From: an uncultured archaeon
GTDB lineage: Archaea; Asgardarchaeota; Lokiarchaeia; Sigyniarchaeales; SOKP01
NCBI GenBank assembly: GCA_964486045.1
Contig: CAZALK010000004.1
Location: forward strand, 160,001-224,000
Reading direction: 5' to 3'
DNA: 64,000 nucleotides
The number at the start of each line of letters is the position of its first letter. The first letter of the stretch is position 1. The notes under the pieces were generated by a model. That model had not been told where the DNA came from, made no database searches, and saw only the letters and a program-made list of their open reading frames with translations. The position numbers and the translations under genes are program-made. Of the stretch, positions 20,959 through 28,532 are shown piece by piece.

Positions 20959-21107
20959 GGTTCCTGCCAAGGACCTCAATATGAGGTCAAATCCAATAAA
21001 AGAAAAAGTTAAATTTTTAAGTGTGGCTCAAGAGCTACACTACCAAAAGACAAAATTCTGACGAAATCGAGATTTTCGAAATCGGATCCAGGGGATTGAC
21101 AGGAACC
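20959..21107. other. 149-bp element with 12-bp terminal inverted repeats and internal hairpins (MITE or structured RNA candidate)
   Basis: GGTTCCTGCCAA ... TTGACAGGAACC (11/12 match); internal hairpins GACCTCA-ata-TGAGGTC and AGTGTGGCTC-aa-GAGCTACACT. Confidence 0.5.
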
Positions 21108-21314
21108 TTGTTTTAAGGACATAATTTTTAGATTTAACATCTCTTATTTTTCATTAAATTCAAGAAAAATTTGTCTTACTTACTTAATCTAATTATTTTC
21201 ATGAATATAAATATTTAGTGTATAATTTATTCTTTATATAGGAATATCTTGAATTTATACATTAATATCACCATAAAAATAATAAATTATAATACAATAT
21301 TCTTATTAGGATAT

Positions 21315-21344
21315 AAATAATTTCAACCCTAAATATTTTGAAGT
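21315..21344. promoter_or_regulatory. Putative MarR operator, copy 1
   Basis: 22/30 identity to 21873..21902, directly upstream of the MarR start codon. Confidence 0.45.
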
Positions 21345-21350
21345 GAAAAA

Positions 21351-21830
21351 ATGTCTGAAAAAGATTCTACTTGTGAAGATGATACCTGCGAGGTGCTCGA
21401 TTTCTCTAAAATTTTTCAATTAATCAATATTTTAAATAAAAAGTATGATAAGTTGCAACGTAAAATTGTGAAGAATGATAATCTCACCCCACCTCAACAT
21501 TCAATATTAATGCAGTTATGGGATTCTGATGGAAAACGATTTAAAGAATTAGCGTCGGCGTGCTGTTGCTCCCCTTCAACAATAACGGGAATAGTAGATA
21601 CTATGGAAAAACATGATTTAGTTTATAGGAAAAATAATCCAGAAGATAGACGAAGTCTTCTTGTAAACCTTACCGAAAAGGGAAGAGAAATTCAAAAGAA
21701 TACTCAACCAATCAAAATTATTTTAGAGAACTGTTGTGAAGGTTTTTCAGCTGAAGATGTTGATCAACTTACTCATTTATTAAATAAATTGTCTGATTCA
21801 TTTGAAATTAGTGGATTGGATAACTGTTAA
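21351..21830 (+). CDS. MarR-family regulator, Cys-rich (putative arsenite/metal sensor)
   Basis: LTPPQ..IL, HTH, DRRS..V.LTEKG wing motif; 8 Cys including CCC in the HTH region and CC near the C-terminus. Confidence 0.88.
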   Translation: MSEKDSTCEDDTCEVLDFSKIFQLINILNKKYDKLQRKIVKNDNLTPPQHSILMQLWDSDGKRFKELASACCCSPSTITGIVDTMEKHDLVYRKNNPEDRRSLLVNLTEKGREIQKNTQPIKIILENCCEGFSAEDVDQLTHLLNKLSDSFEISGLDNC

Positions 21831-21872
21831 TCATTACTTCCATTTGTGGATTAGAATTTTTAATAAATCAAT

Positions 21873-21902
21873 AAATACTTCGGACCCGAAATATTCGGAA
21901 CT
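21873..21902. promoter_or_regulatory. Putative MarR operator, copy 2 (imperfect palindrome)
   Basis: ATACTTCGGACCCGAAATAT is 16/20 self-complementary and GC-richer than the surrounding spacer. Confidence 0.55.
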
Positions 21903-21983
21903 CTTATATATTAGTATTGATTATTAATAATTAAAATAAATTTTTTCTTAAAACTCAAAAAAATAAATAATCTTGAAAGAAAT

Positions 21984-22127
21984 ATGACAGATCAAAAAAC
22001 AGCAGAATTAATTAAAGTGTACGAGTCGAAAAAAGCGAAGAAAGCACTTTATTCTCAATGTAATACTCACCAATGTTACATTCCTCAGTATAATTTGACT
22101 TATCAAGGATCTTCCTGTCGATGTTAA
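21984..22127 (+). CDS. 47-aa Cys-rich small protein
   Basis: ATG..TAA ORF MTDQKTAELIKVYESKKAKKALYSQCNTHQCYIPQYNLTYQGSSCRC, co-oriented 30 bp before the methyltransferase; below the ORF-track cutoff. Confidence 0.6.
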   Translation: MTDQKTAELIKVYESKKAKKALYSQCNTHQCYIPQYNLTYQGSSCRC

Positions 22128-22157
22128 GATTGTGGGAAAATAATTAAATAGGATTAA

Positions 22158-22973
22158 ATGATAAGACTTATGAAAAGGCAAGGGATTTATAAACCAACAA
22201 TAGAGGATATTATTGAAATAAGTGGTATTGAGACTCTCCACCCTGGAGGTATGGTTTTAACACTCCGAGCAGCTGAATTTGCTGGATTAAAGCCAGGAAT
22301 GAAGGTTTTGGATGTATCGAGTGGTAGAGGTACTCAATCTATTTTGTATGCTAGAGAATTTGGAGTTCATGTTACTGGTGTTGATATTTCGGAAGATATG
22401 GTTAAATCTGCTACGGAGAATGCAAAAAAGGAACAAATGGATGAATTAACTACTTTCAAAATAGGTGATTCTCAAAAATTACCATTTGAAGATAATTATT
22501 TTGATGTAGTTATTAATGAATGTGCTGTCGGAATTCCAGATGATTCTCAAAAGGTTTTGGATGAGATGGTCCGAGTTGCTAAAAATGGAGCATCAATAGT
22601 GATTCACGAATCGACATGGCGTAAAACTATAACCGAAGAAGAAAAGAATGAGATTTCTGAGAGGTATGGTACTACACCATTAGAATATGATGAGTGGATT
22701 TCTATGTTAGAAAAAGCTGGTGTAAGGGAAATTACTACCGAGTTTGATGAATGGTCAAAACCTGAGATGTTTTGGAAAATTCGACAAGATCGTGATGTGG
22801 AAGATTTTTCGAAAATATACACACGTTCTGAATTATCAACATTAATTGGAAGAGTTTCTCAAAAACACGGACAAGAAGGAGTAATGATAGCACTTGAAAA
22901 TCAGAAAAAATTTACACAAGTAGTCCTTGATGGTAAATTGGGCTATGGTTTATTTAAAGGAATCAAAAAATAA
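22158..22973 (+). CDS. Class I SAM-dependent methyltransferase
   Basis: LHPGG, VLDVSSGRG motif I, GVDIS, LPFEDNYFDVV. Confidence 0.9.
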   Translation: MIRLMKRQGIYKPTIEDIIEISGIETLHPGGMVLTLRAAEFAGLKPGMKVLDVSSGRGTQSILYAREFGVHVTGVDISEDMVKSATENAKKEQMDELTTFKIGDSQKLPFEDNYFDVVINECAVGIPDDSQKVLDEMVRVAKNGASIVIHESTWRKTITEEEKNEISERYGTTPLEYDEWISMLEKAGVREITTEFDEWSKPEMFWKIRQDRDVEDFSKIYTRSELSTLIGRVSQKHGQEGVMIALENQKKFTQVVLDGKLGYGLFKGIKK

Positions 22974-23002
22974 CAAAAAGAAAAAAACAAGATGGAACAA
23001 AA

Positions 23003-23971
23003 ATGGTTGAAGAAAATTCTTTAGAAGATGAGAAAATTAGGCAGATAGTAAGAGAACAATATGGAAGGGTAGCCGAAGGGCGATCAGAGAGTTCAAGTTG
23101 TTGTGGTCCTACTGCAAATACAGAAGTCCCCACTAATAGTTGTTGCGGTCCGGCTGCACCTACTGTGAACTTAGAGTTAAACTCCAGCAGTGAAAATGCC
23201 AGCAGTCCTATAAAGATCCCAGCTGATAAATTAGGTAAATTCATGAAAAGTTATAGTTCTCAATTAGGGTACACTGAAGAGGATCTTAGAACTATTCCTG
23301 ATGGTGCTAATCTGGGGCTAGGGTGTGGCAATCCAACCGCACACGCATCTATTCAGGAAGGAGAAACAGTTCTGGATCTTGGAGCGGGTGGTGGTTTAGA
23401 TTGTTTCATAGCAGCAGATAAAGTAGGAAAAACAGGGAAAGTTATTGGAGTAGATATGACTCCTCAGATGATTGATCGAGCTCGAAATAATGCAAGAAAG
23501 GGCAATTATGAGAATATTGAATTTCGGCTAGGGGAAATCGAGAACCTCCCTGTTGCTAATGATTCTGTGGATCTAATTATGTCAAATTGTGTTATTAATC
23601 TTTCTCCTAATAAAGATAGGGTATTTAATGAAGCTTTCAGAGTGCTCAAGCCAGGTGGAAGGATGCTGATTTCAGATATTGTTCTACTAAAAGAATTACC
23701 CGATGTCATCAAAGATAACAAAGAAGCATATTGTGGGTGCATATCAGGAGCAATCTTGAAAAAGCGGTATATAGAATTAATAGAAGAAGCGGGATTTCAA
23801 GATGTTGAAATTATGGAAGAGAGCGATTACTCTACAGTTGATTTTTTACTTGATGATCCAATCGCTGGAGCAGCTTTAAAAGAACAAGGAAGAGATCTTG
23901 AGGAATTGAAAAATCTAGAAGAATACATCACAAATTCAAGTATAAAAGTTAAAGCAATAAAACCAAATTAA
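23003..23971 (+). CDS. arsM: Arsenite S-adenosylmethionine methyltransferase
   Basis: [31 protein letters not shown]; N-terminal SCCGP twice. Confidence 0.92.
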   Translation: MVEENSLEDEKIRQIVREQYGRVAEGRSESSSCCGPTANTEVPTNSCCGPAAPTVNLELNSSSENASSPIKIPADKLGKFMKSYSSQLGYTEEDLRTIPDGANLGLGCGNPTAHASIQEGETVLDLGAGGGLDCFIAADKVGKTGKVIGVDMTPQMIDRARNNARKGNYENIEFRLGEIENLPVANDSVDLIMSNCVINLSPNKDRVFNEAFRVLKPGGRMLISDIVLLKELPDVIKDNKEAYCGCISGAILKKRYIELIEEAGFQDVEIMEESDYSTVDFLLDDPIAGAALKEQGRDLEELKNLEEYITNSSIKVKAIKPN

Positions 23972-24018
23972 TACTTTTTTTATTTATTTTTTAAACTAAA
24001 ACCTTAGTTCCAACAATT

Positions 24019-25047
24019 CTAATTCTTATTACCACAATAAGGACATATTTCGACTTTTAGATCAATCAGGTTTTTACAAAATGAACACTCTAATTGATTG
24101 TCTTTAACATTATCTAAATCCTTACTTTCTAGTGACTCAAGGTGATTAAGGAAATCAGAAATAGTTTGCTTATTAATAATCATATAATCACCATCAATTG
24201 TGAATTCAAACTTCTTAGCCCACTCAAAAATTTTGTCATTAAAACTATGTTTTTCTAATTCTAATGTGGTACGTATCATCTTAAGTTTTAAACGATTCGA
24301 AACTTTTAACATCGTTTTTAATTTTTTAAATTTTTCTTTCTCACTTTTTTTAAATTCTAGGCGTTCGGATTCCTTATACATTTTAGTTTGATTTAATACA
24401 TCATATAGTTTTTCAGTTTTCAACTTATCTTTTCTTAGTTTTCTCCGTTGCATTTTTAAAGGAAATATTGAATAAGTTTTTCCATTTTTTGTTTCAATTT
24501 TTACATACGTGGTTGAACCTTCGATTTCCATTGTTATCTCTCTAAAATCTAAGACATCAATCTTATACATTCCTTCTGAATGGAAAGATTTGAATAAAAT
24601 ATAGTTTTCCGTTAAAAAAAGCTGTCCATGAATCGTAATATCTTTTAAATCATAATTGAGGAGAGAACCAATGTGAAAACTTACTACGGCATCAAATAAA
24701 ATTATTTGATCTCTATTAAAAATTAATCTAGTTAATTGTCTAAACAACTCCATCGTCATTTCTTTGGAAGGACTATAGATATTATTCTTTTGTCTCATGG
24801 GATATAGAGTATAAAATGTATGATGTGGTGTCTCGAGTTCTATTAGTGTAATCTTAAATCTAATTTTCCTTGATATATCTTGAATCTCAGATAGTTTAAC
24901 TTGAAATAGGATTTTATCTACTAATGATTCAAATGAAAGGAAGGTTTCCGTTAGGAAAATAGTTCCTTTGGATTTTTTAGAAACTAAGTGCCTAAACGAA
25001 GGTATTCCTGTGCTGAAACTCCCGTATGATTCAAATAAAGTTGCCAT
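24019..25047 (-). CDS. Protein with two GRAM/PH-like repeats, a helical domain and a C-terminal zinc ribbon
   Basis: Repeated GTIFLTETFLSF / GQLFLTENYILF units; CSFC..CPYC at the end. Confidence 0.55.
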   Translation of the reverse strand: MATLFESYGSFSTGIPSFRHLVSKKSKGTIFLTETFLSFESLVDKILFQVKLSEIQDISRKIRFKITLIELETPHHTFYTLYPMRQKNNIYSPSKEMTMELFRQLTRLIFNRDQIILFDAVVSFHIGSLLNYDLKDITIHGQLFLTENYILFKSFHSEGMYKIDVLDFREITMEIEGSTTYVKIETKNGKTYSIFPLKMQRRKLRKDKLKTEKLYDVLNQTKMYKESERLEFKKSEKEKFKKLKTMLKVSNRLKLKMIRTTLELEKHSFNDKIFEWAKKFEFTIDGDYMIINKQTISDFLNHLESLESKDLDNVKDNQLECSFCKNLIDLKVEICPYCGNKN

Positions 25048-25233
25048 ACTTAGTCCTCAATAGCAATTATCGGTAAAATGTGTGTTATTATTTTAATATT
25101 GATTTTTATGAAGATAAATTTATAGTACCGATTTTTCTTTATAATCAAATTGTACTTACTAAAAGATTAAATTATAAAAACTCTAAAAATTTTCCCTAAT
25201 TAATAATTTGTAATTAACGAGAAATTACGAGAA

Positions 25234-25602
25234 ATGGTATCTTTTACATTTGTTGTCTGCGCCGAACCTTATAAGTATGAAGCAATAGATACTGTAATTA
25301 ATTTAGGTGAAGCTATAATAAAAAAGGGGCATGAGATTTTAGGAGTTTTTCTCTATGGAAGCGGTGTATACAATATTAAAAGCAGAGAAATTTCAAGTGA
25401 TTCCCTAAGAGATTTACCAAAGCGTCTGAGGAACTTCTGTAAAATAAATAAAACCATATTAACATCTTGCAGCACATGGATTAGTTTTACTGGCATCCAA
25501 TCACCAGAAATTATTGAAGGGGCATCCCAAGAAGGATTAGGGGCATTATCAGATTTTATTGCAAGATCTGATCGAGTTCTCTTTTTTGGTCCAGGAGGGT
25601 AA
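25234..25602 (+). CDS. dsrE: DsrE/TusD-like sulfur relay protein
   Basis: EPY, GHEILGVFLYGSGV, Cys in TSCS, GLGALSDFIARSDRVLFF. Confidence 0.75.
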   Translation: MVSFTFVVCAEPYKYEAIDTVINLGEAIIKKGHEILGVFLYGSGVYNIKSREISSDSLRDLPKRLRNFCKINKTILTSCSTWISFTGIQSPEIIEGASQEGLGALSDFIARSDRVLFFGPGG

Positions 25603-25608
25603 TAGTTA

Positions 25609-25977
25609 ATGGCAAATTCAATAATTATAATTTGTGAAGACTCTCCATTTGGAAAAGATTCTCCTGTGGAAACTATTCGTATGGCTACGGGGATATTAGC
25701 AATTGGGGATATAGAGAATTGTAAAGTGGTGTTCATGAAAGATGCTTTATACTTTCTTAATAAGAAATTGAATCCTGACGCTTTACAAGTTGATCATTTT
25801 GATAATATAATGAGGTTAATTAAGCTTTCTGGGTTAGAGATTTATGTCCATGATACTGCAATGGAAGTAGCTGGGCTGCTTAGATCAGATCTACTGCCAA
25901 TCGATAATATAAAAATAGTAGGTATAGAGGAAATTAGCCAATTAATATTAGACGCAGATATGAGTTTTAAATATTAG
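25609..25977 (+). CDS. dsrF: DsrF/TusC-like protein
   Basis: SPFG..E.IRMA, VVFMKDALY; middle gene of the triad. Confidence 0.72.
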   Translation: MANSIIIICEDSPFGKDSPVETIRMATGILAIGDIENCKVVFMKDALYFLNKKLNPDALQVDHFDNIMRLIKLSGLEIYVHDTAMEVAGLLRSDLLPIDNIKIVGIEEISQLILDADMSFKY

Positions 25978-25994
25978 AAAAGTGGTGAAAACTA

Positions 25995-26336
25995 ATGGCG
26001 GACAATAATTCCATTGTATATTTATATGGATTTAGCACGGTGTTGGAGTCAAAACTAATAAATTTAATAAAAATTATCGAAAAACAAATTGAGCAAAACA
26101 GTAAAATCAGTGTTGTTTTTATCCATGATGGGGTAATTGGAACTTCTAGTGTAAATAAAGCATCACCATCTATGACAAAGCTATTAAATTTACCCATTAC
26201 GACTTATTCCCTTCTTCCTGATCTTAATGCTCGTGGGATTGATGCAACACAACTTAAAACTAAAATTGTTGGAATTGCTTATGAAGATTTGGTTGACATA
26301 CTAGTTACAAACCCAAAAATAGTATCGTGGATGTAG
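25995..26336 (+). CDS. dsrH: DsrH/TusB-like protein
   Basis: FIHDGV, DLNARG, YEDLVD...SW. Confidence 0.75.
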   Translation: MADNNSIVYLYGFSTVLESKLINLIKIIEKQIEQNSKISVVFIHDGVIGTSSVNKASPSMTKLLNLPITTYSLLPDLNARGIDATQLKTKIVGIAYEDLVDILVTNPKIVSWM

Positions 26337-26382
26337 ATTGAGTTATTTCTTCAAAAAAAAAATAAGTAAAAAATATAAAAGT

Positions 26383-28368
26383 TTATTCTAAATTTCTGGC
26401 AAAAGTTTGAGCTTCCTTTATAGCTACTTCAATATCTCTAGGTTTTTTTCCATCACCAATGAGAACTATTTCGGGAGCTACACCTTCAAATTCTTCGTTT
26501 AATTTTTTGCCATGAGTAATGCGTGGACCACAGTAAACCAGAGTTTCAGCTTCAATTGATTGTTCTTCTCCGTTTTCATCAAGGAATTTCACTTCCTTTT
26601 CAGTAACATCTACTAACTTTGCATTCTTATATATGGGTATATCTTTTTTCTTTAAATAGTTGAGTAGCCAATGTCTTCTTCCCATATGGGTCTTAAGAAG
26701 CCCCGCGACAGTTTTTTCAGGACCAACAATAGCCTTCACATTATATCCTTCTTCTATAAGCGAGATTGCTGATTCTACTCCACCTCTCCAATACACTTCA
26801 AGTCCCCAAACTACAATATCCTTCCCCATAGGTTTAGTTTTTAATATCGACTCATCTTGAGTGACTACATTTGGTTTACCTTGTAAATTAACAGGAAGTG
26901 TTGCTTCTGAACCTGTAGCAAGCACTAAGATGTCAGGTTTTAATGCTGCGATTTCATCCTTGGTTAATTCCTTGTTTAAATGGATTGGAACACCAAGTTT
27001 TTTCAGTTGTGATTCGGTGTAGGTAACTGAATTCATAAAATCAGCTTTTCCAAACTCTGCAGCAACTAACGGGATTAATCCACCAACTTTATCAGACTTT
27101 TCATATATCTCAACCTCATGACCTCGGAGTTTTGAAACCCTTGCAGCTTCTAATCCGGCAATCCCTGCTCCTAATATAGTTATTTTCTTAGGGTTAGTTG
27201 AAGAAGTAAGTTCTTTGTAGTTTTGGGCACCAAATGCATCTTGTACACAATTCCGACCACAATTTTGCAAACATCCCATACAATGTCTAATCTCATCAGA
27301 ACGTCCGTCAAAATATTTATTTGGCGTTTCTGGATCACATATTAACTGCCGTCCCATATAAATTATATCTGCTTTTCCTTCTTGAATGAACTGATCTGCC
27401 ATTGCAGGGTCTATAATTCTTCCAACCCCGATAACGGGAATGTTAACCTCTTTCTTAATAGCTGCGGGGTTGTCCATAAAACATCCGTGTTTACAATAAG
27501 AAGGTATCTCGATACCAAACGGGGTTCGATATATAATACCTTGGGTTATATCTAGAACATCAGCACCTCCTTTTTCTAATGCCTTTGCTATTTCTATACC
27601 ATCTTCAATCCTGTTTCCCTCAGATATAAGTTCATCAGCAGAAAATCGTATAAAAATTGGATGTTCCGGACCTATTTTTTCTCTAATTTTTTGTATAGTT
27701 TCAGTATGAAAACGACACCTATTTTCTACAGATCCTCCGTATTCATCAGTTCTTTTATTAAGCCATGGGGATAAAAATGTAGCATGTGTCGTACCATGAC
27801 CAGAGTGAATGTCTACATAATCGAATCCCGCTTCAATAGCTCGGCGTGCTCCTTCTGCGAATTGATCTTCTATTGCGATAATTTGTTCTTTGGTAAAAGC
27901 TTGCATTTCAAAATTTCCACTTTTAATCTGATCAGGCCATGTTGGATCGGCTAACGTTACTGCAGCAGTAGCTTTTGCAATATCAACTTGAGATGGTCCA
28001 AAAGGGTTCCAAGTAGGATTAAAATTAAATAAATACTTCATAAAAACAAATCCGATTAAACTCGAGTTTGCAAGTTGCATTCCGATTTTTGCACCATAGC
28101 CATGTACCATATCAGTTAGCTTTTTATATGCTGGAATTTTGTCATCGTTCCCCATATTCGCACCTCCGGGACCTGCTTGGGGTTCAAGCCCGGTAGCTTC
28201 AAATGTTATTAATCCTGCTCCTCCTTGAGCTTTTAGCCTATGAATATTAAAGGTTCTAGGTGAAGGAGTACCTTTCCCGTCAGCTGAGAATGAAAGCATG
28301 GGTGGATATCCTAACCTGTTCTTTGCGGTCATTCCTCTAATTGTGATTGGATCACTTAATTTTGGCAT
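26383..28368 (-). CDS. OYE-family NADH:flavin oxidoreductase with Fe-S and FAD domains (2,4-dienoyl-CoA reductase/BaiH-like architecture)
   Basis: N-terminal TIM barrel (NKRTDEYGGSVENR), Cys cluster CMGCLQNCGRNC, GAGIAG FAD motif, ATGS, IGD. Confidence 0.88.
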   Translation of the reverse strand: MPKLSDPITIRGMTAKNRLGYPPMLSFSADGKGTPSPRTFNIHRLKAQGGAGLITFEATGLEPQAGPGGANMGNDDKIPAYKKLTDMVHGYGAKIGMQLANSSLIGFVFMKYLFNFNPTWNPFGPSQVDIAKATAAVTLADPTWPDQIKSGNFEMQAFTKEQIIAIEDQFAEGARRAIEAGFDYVDIHSGHGTTHATFLSPWLNKRTDEYGGSVENRCRFHTETIQKIREKIGPEHPIFIRFSADELISEGNRIEDGIEIAKALEKGGADVLDITQGIIYRTPFGIEIPSYCKHGCFMDNPAAIKKEVNIPVIGVGRIIDPAMADQFIQEGKADIIYMGRQLICDPETPNKYFDGRSDEIRHCMGCLQNCGRNCVQDAFGAQNYKELTSSTNPKKITILGAGIAGLEAARVSKLRGHEVEIYEKSDKVGGLIPLVAAEFGKADFMNSVTYTESQLKKLGVPIHLNKELTKDEIAALKPDILVLATGSEATLPVNLQGKPNVVTQDESILKTKPMGKDIVVWGLEVYWRGGVESAISLIEEGYNVKAIVGPEKTVAGLLKTHMGRRHWLLNYLKKKDIPIYKNAKLVDVTEKEVKFLDENGEEQSIEAETLVYCGPRITHGKKLNEEFEGVAPEIVLIGDGKKPRDIEVAIKEAQTFARNLE

Positions 28369-28532
28369 TTCTATACTTTTCTCCTTTTATTCACTTTTAT
28401 AATTTTATTTTTATAAATTGTCAAATACAAGTTCTTTTGTAAACTTTATTCAAAACATTAGAAAAAAGCGATATTTATTCTCAAAATAGTACAAAATAAA
28501 TTTGTAAATTTAAACTTAAAAAAAAGAAAAGT

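Noticed and set aside
22113-22127. Peptide C-terminal CxC as a Rab-type prenylation signal linked to the ICMT-family gene at 8084
   Set aside because: No prenyltransferase in the window, the genes are 13 kb apart, and metal binding explains the Cys residues more simply
21351-23971. Mercury methylation (hgcAB) locus
   Set aside because: No corrinoid protein with the N(V/I)WCA cap-helix motif and no HgcB-like ferredoxin
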